A DNA stretch of 60,697 nucleotides, filler included. It is 3 parts of 3 records of this genome, joined end to end, with 100 filler letters (N's around TTAATTAATTAA, not from the genome) between each part and the next. Parts side by side here need not be neighbours in the genome. Positions count along the whole stretch, not along the records: positions 20,159 to 50,526 come from SRR20825006_1133; 2 more parts are not named here. One strand, given 5' to 3'. A model generated the notes under the pieces. The model was not told where the DNA came from. It did no database searches and was given only the letters and a program-made list of their open reading frames with translations. This document shows positions 21,857-31,078 of the stretch, piece after piece (positions within the stretch are counted from its first letter, which is position 1; every line of letters begins with the position of its first letter). The position numbers were made by a program, and so were the translations under genes.

Positions 21857-21991
21857 ATGAAAACTAAAGCTTTTGATTATGCATCTTACGTGCGAGGAAT
21901 AAAGGATGGACGACGCTTCGGAATATTCATGGGCGTGATTATAGGGTTTGCTATAATGATCGCTGTTCTAGGAATTATCTACTTTTCTTAA
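21857..21991 (+). CDS. 44-aa small membrane protein (not in the ORF track)
   Basis: MKTKAFDYASYVRGIKDGRRFGIFMGVIIGFAIMIAVLGIIYFS*. A-rich Bacteroidetes-type initiation context and one C-terminal hydrophobic helix. Confidence 0.65.
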   Translation: MKTKAFDYASYVRGIKDGRRFGIFMGVIIGFAIMIAVLGIIYFS

Positions 21992-22168
21992 AACTAATTT
22001 GATAAAAACTGAAGCAATTACAACGAAGCCTGTTTTTCTGTCATTCGTTAAAAATTTGAAGATGCGCTTCAGTGTAATTTAATCTTTTCAAGGCTAGTGA
22101 GATCTGGTAGAGGGTTGTTCTCTAGTGATTTGTTAAGCTTATAATTGCAAACTATTTTTTGTCTTCTG

Positions 22169-23302
22169 CTATTCCACAGCCTGTAGTGCGTCCAGCACTT
22201 TAAGATAATCTGCTCTGCTTTCAACAAAATCTAAACCGGAAATGTCAATGATCTTGACATTGTTTCCTCGTTTGTTCTTAATCATATTCAGATACCCTTT
22301 ATTGATGTCAATAAGATAACTTTCAGAAATATCTTGTTCATAAGAACGCCCTCTCTTTTTAATATTTTCAAGTAGGCGCTCGGTGTTTTGATAGAGGTAA
22401 ACATATAAGTCGGGCCTTGCGATCTCACGATACATGATCCCGTGCAATTTTTGATACAAACTGTATTCTTCTTCGCTCAGTGTGACTTTTGCAAAAATCA
22501 ATGATTTCTGACTATCATAGTCGGCGATCATAAAATCTTTAAAAAGGTCGTATTGCCCAATGTCGTCTAGCAGCTGCTGGTAGCGGTCAGCCAAAAATGA
22601 CATTTCCAGCGGAAAAGCATAGCGCGCCTGATCTTCGTAAAACTTGGGTAGAAAAGGATTGTCTTTAAAACGTTCTAAAATGAGTTTAGCATTAAAATCC
22701 TCAGAAATTTTAGTGGCTAAAGTAGTTTTTCCGGCGCCAATGTTTCCTTCGATGGCAATATAATTATGTGTGCTGAAGGTATATGCGGCCTGCGGATTTT
22801 TAAGCCATTTAGATTGTTTTTCAGGGATTTCTGCGTCTGGGGTTTCCGCGGTTAATTCTTCTATAGATTTTTTTAAAAGAGGATGTTTAAATGTTGCGGC
22901 GATATCTCGTAGCGGAAACAGGACAAAATTGCGTTTTTGTAACTGCGGGTGCGGAAGAATCAGTTTTTTGGTTTCAACTATGCTGTCTCCATAAAACAAT
23001 AAATCTATATCAATAGGGCGATCGCTGTAACCTGCTTGTTGTTTGCGCTCCCGGCCCAATTGTTTTTCGATGGCGAGCAGTGCTTCTAGGGTGGCTTCGG
23101 CATCTAAAGTAGTGGTCGCTGAGAGGGTGCAGTTTAAAAAGTCAGCACCCTCAAAACCCCAGGCTTTGGTTTTATAAACTGGAGAAAGTTGTTTTATGCT
23201 GCCTATATTTTGAAATATACCATCAACGGCGCGTTGCAGATTTTCAAACGAATCTCCTTGATTGCTGCCTAGTGATAAGAGTATGTGTTGTAGCGGTTTA
23301 AT
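22169..23302 (-). CDS. folK: FolK (HPPK) - deoxynucleoside kinase fusion; likely non-canonical ATT start at 23302
   Basis: The frame stays open upstream of the ORF-track start and encodes HILLSLGSNQGD, FLN, RPIDIDLL and LPHP. The C-terminal dNK domain has IAIEGNIGAGKTT and DRY. Confidence 0.88.
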   Translation of the reverse strand: MKPLQHILLSLGSNQGDSFENLQRAVDGIFQNIGSIKQLSPVYKTKAWGFEGADFLNCTLSATTTLDAEATLEALLAIEKQLGRERKQQAGYSDRPIDIDLLFYGDSIVETKKLILPHPQLQKRNFVLFPLRDIAATFKHPLLKKSIEELTAETPDAEIPEKQSKWLKNPQAAYTFSTHNYIAIEGNIGAGKTTLATKISEDFNAKLILERFKDNPFLPKFYEDQARYAFPLEMSFLADRYQQLLDDIGQYDLFKDFMIADYDSQKSLIFAKVTLSEEEYSLYQKLHGIMYREIARPDLYVYLYQNTERLLENIKKRGRSYEQDISESYLIDINKGYLNMIKNKRGNNVKIIDISGLDFVESRADYLKVLDALQAVE

Positions 23303-23360
23303 GAGATTTTGGCCTTAAATATTTTAAGAGCAATTTAAGTAAAAGCCCCGTGCATTCTGC

Positions 23361-23368
23361 TAATTTTG
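23361..23368 (+). promoter_or_regulatory. Bacteroidetes -7 promoter element for yhhQ-asmA
   Basis: TAATTTTG shortly upstream of the gene. Confidence 0.5.
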
Positions 23369-23396
23369 ATCAAAAGAACCTTTAAAAGAGGAGAGT

Positions 23397-24131
23397 TTGA
23401 CGCAAGCATCAATGAGCCAGAGAGATGCGCTGGCAGCCTACCGCATCTATTTTATTTTGGGAGCTTTGTTTATATGCTCTCTGGTGGTTTCTAATTTGAT
23501 CTTTCAGAAGTTTTTTTACTGGGATTTTTTTGGGTTATACAGATTTGAGATTTCCGTTGGAATTTTGCCGTATCCCATCACGTTCTTAATAACCGATTTG
23601 ATCAGTGAGATCTATGGCAAAAAGAAAGCCAACCAAGTAGTGACTGCCGGTATTTTTGCTTCAATTTTTTCATTGCTCATCGTGTATACTTCGGCAGTGG
23701 TGCCTGCCACAGATTGGTCTCCTGTAGACAATGCGTTGTTTGATAAAGTTTTTGGCGCTACGGTAGTTGCGGTGATGGCATCGATGATGGCTTACCTATT
23801 TGCACAGTATATAGACATTCAACTTTTTCATTTCTGGAAACGCCTGACTAAAGGAAAACACCTGTGGATACGCAATAATTTCTCTACCTTTTTTAGTCAG
23901 TTTGTAGATACGGCTACCGTGTTGTTGCTTTTGTGTGCGTTTAATAAGATTGAATGGAGTCTGTTTGGAACGCTTCTTTTAAGTGGTTTTTTATTTAAAG
24001 TATTGGTTGCTGTTTGTGATACACCCTTTTTATATCTGGGTGTTTATTTGTTTAGAAAACGCTTCAAATTAGCGCCCGGGGAAGAGATCGGGCCTGAGTT
24101 GAATGCTTTTCAGAAAGAAGAAAAATTATAG
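23397..24131 (+). CDS. yhhQ: queuosine precursor transporter (YhhQ/VUT family)
   Basis: Multi-TM protein; YPITFLITDLISEIYGKK, ASMMAYLFAQYID, LWIRNNFSTFFSQFVDT and DTPFLY. The start may be the ATG at 23412. Confidence 0.88.
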   Translation: MTQASMSQRDALAAYRIYFILGALFICSLVVSNLIFQKFFYWDFFGLYRFEISVGILPYPITFLITDLISEIYGKKKANQVVTAGIFASIFSLLIVYTSAVVPATDWSPVDNALFDKVFGATVVAVMASMMAYLFAQYIDIQLFHFWKRLTKGKHLWIRNNFSTFFSQFVDTATVLLLLCAFNKIEWSLFGTLLLSGFLFKVLVAVCDTPFLYLGVYLFRKRFKLAPGEEIGPELNAFQKEEKL

Positions 24132-24135
24132 AATT

Positions 24136-26820
24136 ATGAAAAAGGTATTTAAAATTATAGGGATCGTACTTTTGGTATTGATCATTGGTTTGATCGCTGC
24201 CCCTTTCTTGTTTAGAGGGCAGCTTGAAGAACTTTTAAAGAAATCGATCAACGAAAATCTCAATGCCACTGTGGCTTGGGAAGATTTTGATCTTACGCTA
24301 TTCAGCAGTTTTCCTGATGCTGCCGTGCAAGTGCAAAATTTTAGTGTAGTAAATAATGCGCCTTTTGCCGGCGATACGCTTGCCAGCGGGGAAACGCTTC
24401 AGTTAGATATGGGCGTGATGCAGTTGTTTAAGACTTCATCGGGAAAACCCATCCAGATCGATGCAATTCGGCTTGATGAAGGTTTTGTAAATATTAAAGT
24501 TGATAGCCTTGGAAATGCCAATTATGATATTGCCAAAGAAAGCCCGGCAACTACCGCTACGCAAGATACTTTAGCGGATAGCTCAGGTGGTTTTAGTTTT
24601 GATGTGCAACATTATGAATTGAATAATTCCAGAATAAATTATTTAGATGAAAGTACGCAAACCTTTTTAAGGTTAACCGAAGTCAATCACGAAGGAGACG
24701 GCGATTTTTCTGCAGCCGTGTCTAACCTAAATACGACTACGACTGCGCTGGCATCTTTTGATTTTGATGGGGTGAATTACCTTAATGCCAATAAGATTGC
24801 TCTGGATGCAGTAATCGAAATGAACCTTGAAGAGCAACGCTACACTTTTAAAGAAAATGAGGCTTTAATCAACCAATTGCCTTTAGTATTCAAAGGATTT
24901 ATTCAAGTCAATGAGAATAATAATGAACTTGACCTTGCTTTTGAAACGCCATCTAGTGACTTTAAAAACTTCTTAGGAGTAATCCCTGAGGTTTATGCTA
25001 AAAATCTGGACGGCGTGACCACAACCGGCGATTTTAAAGTGAATGGTAGAATAAATGGAGTGGTTGATGAAACGCATATACCTAGGCTGGATATCGCTAT
25101 TCAATCTAATAATGCGTCTTTTAAATATCCTGATCTTCCAAAATCGGTTAATGATATCATCATTGACGCTCAGATTATGAATGAAACAGGTAATGTAGAT
25201 GATACTTATCTGCGATTGGGGAATCTCAACTTTAGAATTGATCAAGATGTGTTTAATGCCAAAGGTAGAATAGATAGACTTACTACAAATCCGCTTGTTG
25301 ATCTGGCGTTGAAGGGTAAATTGAATTTAGCCAATCTCGAGAAAGCGTATCCATTAGAATTAGATCAGGACCTCAACGGACTATTAACTGTTGATATGAC
25401 GGCTAATTTTGATATGGAAAGCGTTGAGAAAGAACGGTATCAAAATATCAAAAGTTCGGGTACGGCAAGTTTAAAGGATTTTAAATATGTTTCTCCTGAA
25501 TTGCCTAATGCGTTGAATATGGCTTCGGCTAACGTGACCTTCAATCCCGGAACGATCACGCTAAACAATCTGGATGCGCAAACCGGGCAAACTGATATTT
25601 CTGCAAAAGGAAGTATTGAAAACTTGATTCCGTTTGTGCTGTCAAAAGAAGATTTAAAAGGGCGCTTTACCGTAAATTCTAAGGTGATCAATCTCGCGGA
25701 TTTTAGCGTGGTGGAAGAAGAGGCTGCTGCAGCAACTACAGCTGAGAAAAGTGCTTCTACAAGTGCGACAGCTTCCGGAGATACTGCGATAAAAATTCCT
25801 TCTTTTCTAGATGCGACGCTTGACTTTAAAGCCGGTAAAGTGATTTATGACAATATTACCTTGTCAAATGTAAGCGGAAATGTTACCGTTCAAAATGAGA
25901 CAGCAAGCTTGAATAATATTCGCTCTGATATTTTTGGCGGAGCTATCGGACTCAATGGGAATGTGAGCACTAAAAGTGCTACACCTACTTTTGAGATGGC
26001 GCTTGATCTAAAGAGTGTTGATATCAGTCAATCTTTTGAAGGTCTTGAAATGCTTCAGCAATTAACCCCAATTGCGAAAGCTTTACAAGGAGCATTGAAT
26101 ACCAATATTCAGCTAAAAGGGAATTTAACAGACGATCTAACACCGGTGCTTTCATCCCTTGCCGGAAACGCGCTTGCACAGTTGCTAACTGTAGAGGTTA
26201 AGCCTGAGAAGATGAAGCTTATAAGTGCTTTAGATGATAAACTTGATTTTATAAACCTCCAAAATCTGGATCTGAGTAATTTAAAAACCCAATTGAGTTT
26301 TGATAACGGTTTGGTTACAGTGAAACCTTTTGATTTCAATATAAAAGGAATCAACGTAGGGGTCAGCGGAACGCATAGTCTTGAAAATACTATGAATTAC
26401 ACACTTAATTTAAAAGTTCCGGGGAGTTATTTAGGGTCTAAAGTAGGTAATACATTGGCAAGTCTGAGCAATGCAGACCTCGAGAGCTATACGGTAGACC
26501 TTCCGGTGATGTTGAGCGGTAATTTTACGAGTCCGCAAGTATCGCTTAATACGCAACAAGCAGTTACAAATCTTACCCAACAAATTGTAGCTACGCAGAA
26601 AGATAAGTTGAAGCAACAAGGAGAAGATAAAGTAAAACAAGCCTTAAGCGGACTATTAGGCGGAACTAAAACCACTACAGATTCTACCGCAGTTAAGACC
26701 GGAAAAGATTCAGTCTCTACAACAACTAAAACCACTACAGAAAAAGTGGTTAAGGATGTTTTAGGCGGTCTCTTTGGAAAGAAGAAGGCAACGCAAGACA
26801 CGACCAAAACCAATAATTAG
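24136..26820 (+). CDS. AsmA-family protein
   Basis: N-terminal TM anchor, long beta-rich body and AsmA-like C-terminus (FDNGLVTVKPF, GTHSL). Confidence 0.8.
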   Translation: MKKVFKIIGIVLLVLIIGLIAAPFLFRGQLEELLKKSINENLNATVAWEDFDLTLFSSFPDAAVQVQNFSVVNNAPFAGDTLASGETLQLDMGVMQLFKTSSGKPIQIDAIRLDEGFVNIKVDSLGNANYDIAKESPATTATQDTLADSSGGFSFDVQHYELNNSRINYLDESTQTFLRLTEVNHEGDGDFSAAVSNLNTTTTALASFDFDGVNYLNANKIALDAVIEMNLEEQRYTFKENEALINQLPLVFKGFIQVNENNNELDLAFETPSSDFKNFLGVIPEVYAKNLDGVTTTGDFKVNGRINGVVDETHIPRLDIAIQSNNASFKYPDLPKSVNDIIIDAQIMNETGNVDDTYLRLGNLNFRIDQDVFNAKGRIDRLTTNPLVDLALKGKLNLANLEKAYPLELDQDLNGLLTVDMTANFDMESVEKERYQNIKSSGTASLKDFKYVSPELPNALNMASANVTFNPGTITLNNLDAQTGQTDISAKGSIENLIPFVLSKEDLKGRFTVNSKVINLADFSVVEEEAAAATTAEKSASTSATASGDTAIKIPSFLDATLDFKAGKVIYDNITLSNVSGNVTVQNETASLNNIRSDIFGGAIGLNGNVSTKSATPTFEMALDLKSVDISQSFEGLEMLQQLTPIAKALQGALNTNIQLKGNLTDDLTPVLSSLAGNALAQLLTVEVKPEKMKLISALDDKLDFINLQNLDLSNLKTQLSFDNGLVTVKPFDFNIKGINVGVSGTHSLENTMNYTLNLKVPGSYLGSKVGNTLASLSNADLESYTVDLPVMLSGNFTSPQVSLNTQQAVTNLTQQIVATQKDKLKQQGEDKVKQALSGLLGGTKTTTDSTAVKTGKDSVSTTTKTTTEKVVKDVLGGLFGKKKATQDTTKTNN

Positions 26821-26835
26821 AGTTTAGTTTTGGGT

Positions 26836-26870
26836 ATAAAAAAGGAGCGCTTTTAGCGCTCCTTTTTTAT
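26836..26870. terminator. bidirectional intrinsic terminator
   Basis: ATAAAAAAGGAGCGC-TTTTA-GCGCTCCTTTTTTAT between convergent genes. Confidence 0.9.
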
Positions 26871-26925
26871 TTGTCATTAAAGGGTTTATGTTAAAAATTG
26901 CCTTGAACAAGTTTTCTTTAAAGCA

Positions 26926-28884
26926 TTAAAAACTGATCACAATAAACTCTGAGCGACGGTTGAGTTGATGTTGCTCTTCGGTGCAATCAGATCCATTTCC
27001 GCAATCATTAATGAGTTCGGTTTCTCCAAATCCTTTACCCGAAATTCGAGTAGGATCAATACCTCTACTTACGATCCAGTCTGCTGTAGATTTTGCTCGT
27101 TTGTCAGATAAACTTAGGTTATAAGAATCGATTCCGCGACTATCCGTATGCGAGCGTATTTCAACAACTAAAGTTGGATTTGACTCCATAACTGCCAGCA
27201 CCTTAGTCAATTCTTCGGCAGCATCCGGTCTTATATTAAAGCGATCAAAATCAAAATAAATAGGCTTCAGATCTAGAAGTTTAGCAAGATCATCACCTTG
27301 GTTGATCTTGGTGATGCGAGGTTCTAGATAAAGATCAACAACCATATCGTCGCCATCTTTAGGCACTGTTACGAGTTCTTCCGCAGAATAGTATTCCGGT
27401 TCGCTGGCGCGAATAAGAATCTGTTGGCCGCAGATGACACTCAATGAATACTCTGCATTTTCATTTACAGGCGTACTGGCAAGAACATTTCCTTCCAGAT
27501 CTAGAATGCTCACCGTAGCGGTTGGTATAGGAAGTTCGGTTTCTTTATCTCTAACTGTACCTGTGATGAGTGATTCACAAACCGGGATCTCTACCGGTTT
27601 TCTAGTGAATTTGAAAATATCATCACTTCCCATTCCGTAATAACGATTGGTTGAAAAGTAGCCCATATTGCGGTAATCATCAACGATGAAAGCAAAATCG
27701 TCTTGCGGACTGTTAACAGGTTTTCCCAAATTGATAACATAGGCCACATCTCCATTTTTCTTGGTAGCAACAACATAGATGTCAAGACCTCCAAGTCCGG
27801 GTCGCCCGTCTGAAGAGAAATAAAGGTTTCCTTTTTTACTAATGTACGGAAAGTTCTCACGCCCTTCGGTATTGATGATGGGGCCCAGGTTTTCAGGAGC
27901 GCTATATTCATTATCGCCTAAAATATCAACCACCCAGATGTCTGAAAAACCAACAGTTCCCGGCATATCAGATGCGAAGTATAGCTTTTTATTATCCGGG
28001 CTAAGTGCGGGGTGTGAAACTGAATAATCATCATCATTAAACGGAAGTTCTACCGGGGCACTCCAGTTGCCGCCTTTTTTAACCGATTTGAAGATCTTAA
28101 GTCTAACAGTACCATTTTTATCACTGCGTTTTACGCCTTGACTGAAATTGTTTCGGGTAAAATACATAGTATTCCCATCGCTTGTAAACGTAGGGGAAGA
28201 CTCGTGATAGCGGGAGTTGAGTATGCCGCCAAACTTTTCTACTGCTCCAAGATCACCGGTTTCAACATCTATAGGCGCTTGATAGAAATCTAAAAAAGGT
28301 TCGTTGTTCCATTTGTGAATGTAGCGTGCGGTAGATCCTGTATCTCTGGCGGAAGAAAAGATCAATTTGTTCTCATAGATCATCGGGCCAAAGTCAGATA
28401 ATCGTGAGTTGGTTCTTCTCAAATTTTCAACTTCATACTCGCTTTCGCTGTAGCTTATTTCCTCAAGATAATCTGGCTCTTCATTAAATAATTCAGCCCT
28501 AGAATCTTCACCTTTTTCCTTGAGAAACAACTCCATAATACGATCTGAGGCTTCGTATTGTTGCACCCCTTTGAGGGATTGTGCGTATCTGAATAGGTCT
28601 TCTGGTGTTAAGGATTCCGGGTATTTATCGTAAAGTTTTTTGTACCATTTGGCACTTTCTTCGTATTTGCCGTTAAAATAATAACTGTCCCCCAGTTTTT
28701 TAAAAAGTTCTTCAGACTCATAACCTTCCCCTGCTAATCGTAAATAGATTTTTTGTGCATCGATAAAGGCATAACTTTCAAACTTTTTGGCGGCTTTGTC
28801 TAATTCCTTTTCTTGAGCGTATGTGAGCGAAAGTGATAGAAAAAGAAAAAATTGTAGAAAACGCTTGCTTGAGATTACCTGCAT
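26926..28884 (-). CDS. OmpA-family protein with TPR, PD40/WD40-like and carboxypeptidase-regulatory-like domains (PorE-like architecture)
   Basis: TPR (LGDSYYFNGKYEESAKWY), PD40 repeats (MYFTRN, LYFASDMPG, LYFSSDG), OmpA domain IYFDFD...SHTDSRG...LSDKRAKS...NRRSEF. Confidence 0.88.
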   Translation of the reverse strand: MQVISSKRFLQFFLFLSLSLTYAQEKELDKAAKKFESYAFIDAQKIYLRLAGEGYESEELFKKLGDSYYFNGKYEESAKWYKKLYDKYPESLTPEDLFRYAQSLKGVQQYEASDRIMELFLKEKGEDSRAELFNEEPDYLEEISYSESEYEVENLRRTNSRLSDFGPMIYENKLIFSSARDTGSTARYIHKWNNEPFLDFYQAPIDVETGDLGAVEKFGGILNSRYHESSPTFTSDGNTMYFTRNNFSQGVKRSDKNGTVRLKIFKSVKKGGNWSAPVELPFNDDDYSVSHPALSPDNKKLYFASDMPGTVGFSDIWVVDILGDNEYSAPENLGPIINTEGRENFPYISKKGNLYFSSDGRPGLGGLDIYVVATKKNGDVAYVINLGKPVNSPQDDFAFIVDDYRNMGYFSTNRYYGMGSDDIFKFTRKPVEIPVCESLITGTVRDKETELPIPTATVSILDLEGNVLASTPVNENAEYSLSVICGQQILIRASEPEYYSAEELVTVPKDGDDMVVDLYLEPRITKINQGDDLAKLLDLKPIYFDFDRFNIRPDAAEELTKVLAVMESNPTLVVEIRSHTDSRGIDSYNLSLSDKRAKSTADWIVSRGIDPTRISGKGFGETELINDCGNGSDCTEEQHQLNRRSEFIVISF

Positions 28885-28925
28885 AGCTAAAAAATAATAG
28901 GTTGAAATTGAGATCTAGGGGAGTA

Positions 28926-28933
28926 CAAATATA
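28926..28933 (-). promoter_or_regulatory. Bacteroidetes -7 promoter element for the OmpA-family gene
   Basis: TATATTTG on the minus strand about 40 nt upstream of the ATG. Confidence 0.55.
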
Positions 28934-29084
28934 ACTAAATTTTAACCCTGTGAAATTTTAAAACCGCTGATTGCTAAAAAATTAGGGGGTGGTTTATCCC
29001 CTTTTTTCGTTGCGTGTTTTCAATTTTCTGAAGATTTATAAGATAGAAATTGGGGCTTCAGATGATTAGCTGTGTTATACTTGC

Positions 29085-29092
29085 TAACTTTG
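29085..29092 (+). promoter_or_regulatory. Bacteroidetes -7 promoter element for the nitroreductase gene
   Basis: TAACTTTG 17 nt upstream of the ATG. Confidence 0.55.
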
Positions 29093-29109
29093 AAGTAAAG
29101 AATTGAACT

Positions 29110-29667
29110 ATGTTAAAGCAAATAATCAAAAATAGAAGATCTATTTTTCCGAATCAATTTTCAGGAAAAGCGGTTTCAAAAGAAGAAATAAAAACTTTAC
29201 TTGAAGCTGCAAACTGGGCGCCTACACATCGTAAAACGCAACCGTGGCGCTTTAAAGTTTTTAGAGAGGATTCACTCAGCGTACTCGCTGCATTTATAGA
29301 GAAAGCCTACACGGCTACCACTCCAGAACACCAATTTTCTGCATTTAAGCTGAAAAAAACGCTTGAAAAAGTGACCACAAGTGCAGCGGTCATTGTGATC
29401 TGTATGCAGCGTGATCCTAAAGAGAGCGTTCCTGAATGGGAAGAAGTGGCTGCTACTGCGATGGCTGTACAGAATCTATGGCTTATGACGGGAGAATTAG
29501 GCCTTGGTGGCTACTGGAGTTCGCCGGGTTATAGAACAGCTATGCATACAGAACTAAAGCTAAATACCGGTGAAGAATGCTTAGGGTTCTTTTATTTAGG
29601 CGCGTATGAAGAAGAGCCGCTTGCTGGAGAGCGCGACGCTATAGAAGATAAAACGGTTTGGTTTTAA
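29110..29667 (+). CDS. nitroreductase family protein
   Basis: IKNRRSI, AANWAPTHRKTQPWRF and AVQNLWL...GLGGYWSS. Confidence 0.9.
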   Translation: MLKQIIKNRRSIFPNQFSGKAVSKEEIKTLLEAANWAPTHRKTQPWRFKVFREDSLSVLAAFIEKAYTATTPEHQFSAFKLKKTLEKVTTSAAVIVICMQRDPKESVPEWEEVAATAMAVQNLWLMTGELGLGGYWSSPGYRTAMHTELKLNTGEECLGFFYLGAYEEEPLAGERDAIEDKTVWF

Positions 29668-29794
29668 AATTTATGGGCACCGCCAAAGGGTTTAATATTC
29701 AGAGTTTTGCTTAGAAATTGAAACGTGTTTCCAATTAATGAATGTCTCTCGGGTTTGCCCTGAGGTGGTATACTTAAAAGGTAATGGGTGAAGA

Positions 29795-31066
29795 TTATTC
29801 TTTAATTACCTCACCTGCTTTCATTACAAAAGTCACCTCATTTAAGGTATAGATATTTTGTATGGGGTCTTCGTCAACTGCGATGATGTCTGCTTTAAAA
29901 CCTGCTGCTAATTGCCCCAGCGCTTCTTCAGCTTTGAGCACTTTAGCAGTCTCAATAGTTGCAGATTGAATCGCTTCCATCGGGGTCATACCGGCCTCAA
30001 CCATATATCCAAATTCTTTAGCATTCTCCCCGTGCGGAAACACACCGGCATCGGTCCCGAAGGCAATATTGACTCCTTTGTTGTATGCCATCGCGAAGGT
30101 TTTTTGAAGTTGAGGTCCTATCTCTAATGCTTTAGGGACGATCACTGCAGGGTAGTAGTCTTTTATTTTTGCCTTTTCTGCAACATATTTACCAGCACTT
30201 AAAGTAGGTATATAGTAGGTGTTGTGCTTTTTCATTAAATCTGCAGTCTCTTCACTCATTAAAGTGCCGTGCTCAATGGTCCTTACACCTGCTCGGACGG
30301 CGCGCTGCATTCCTTCGTCTCCGTGAGCGTGCGCAGCCACTTGCAAATCATAATCTTTTCCCGTGGTCACTATAGCTTCAATCTCTTCTTCAGTAAACTG
30401 AGGATTCTGACCATTTTTTGCTACACTTAAAACGCCACCGGTTGCGGTGATTTTAATCCAATCGGCACCGTTTTTATAACGCTGTCTTACCGCTTTACGG
30501 GCATCATCTACATTGTTTGCAACACCTTCTTTAGGTCCCGGATCGCCCATTAGATCTTTGCGGTACCCGTTTGTAGGATCAGCGTGCCCACCGGTGGTGC
30601 CAATCGCTTTTTCGGCGGTAAAAATTCGTGGACCTAATACTTTTCCTGTATTTATCGCATTGCGTAGGGAGACATTTACACCGCTTCCGCCAAGATCCCT
30701 AATTGTGGTAAACCCAGCATTTAAGGTGCGTAATGCAAGCTCTTGTGCTTTGTAAGCGATGTCTGCTTCATTAAGTGTAAACCCTTCTAGGTAACGCGTA
30801 GGGCTAGTTTCGGTTTCAATATGTACGTGTAAATCAGCAAAACCAGGAAGTACAATTTTGTCTTTTAAATCTATGACCTTTCCGGCACCAGATTCATAAC
30901 CATCAATTACATCTTCAATTTCATCTCCCGAAACGATAATCGTTTGTTCATTTAATACTTTTCCGTTTTTAGTATCAACGAGTTTACCAACGTGTAAATA
31001 CGTTTTTTGAGCAAAAGCAATATTACTTAAAAGAGCTAATGCCAGCGAGAGAAGTGTGATGCGCAT
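29795..31066 (-). CDS. metal-dependent amidohydrolase (Xaa-Pro dipeptidase-like), exported
   Basis: Signal peptide; PGFADLHVH, IKITATGGV, AAHAHG, IEHG and FGTDAG. Confidence 0.88.
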   Translation of the reverse strand: MRITLLSLALALLSNIAFAQKTYLHVGKLVDTKNGKVLNEQTIIVSGDEIEDVIDGYESGAGKVIDLKDKIVLPGFADLHVHIETETSPTRYLEGFTLNEADIAYKAQELALRTLNAGFTTIRDLGGSGVNVSLRNAINTGKVLGPRIFTAEKAIGTTGGHADPTNGYRKDLMGDPGPKEGVANNVDDARKAVRQRYKNGADWIKITATGGVLSVAKNGQNPQFTEEEIEAIVTTGKDYDLQVAAHAHGDEGMQRAVRAGVRTIEHGTLMSEETADLMKKHNTYYIPTLSAGKYVAEKAKIKDYYPAVIVPKALEIGPQLQKTFAMAYNKGVNIAFGTDAGVFPHGENAKEFGYMVEAGMTPMEAIQSATIETAKVLKAEEALGQLAAGFKADIIAVDEDPIQNIYTLNEVTFVMKAGEVIKE

Positions 31067-31078
31067 GTGGATAGTTGT

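Noticed and set aside
23369-23411. preQ1 riboswitch before yhhQ
   Set aside because: Leader is very short and lacks the recognisable stem and A-rich tail of preQ1 classes.
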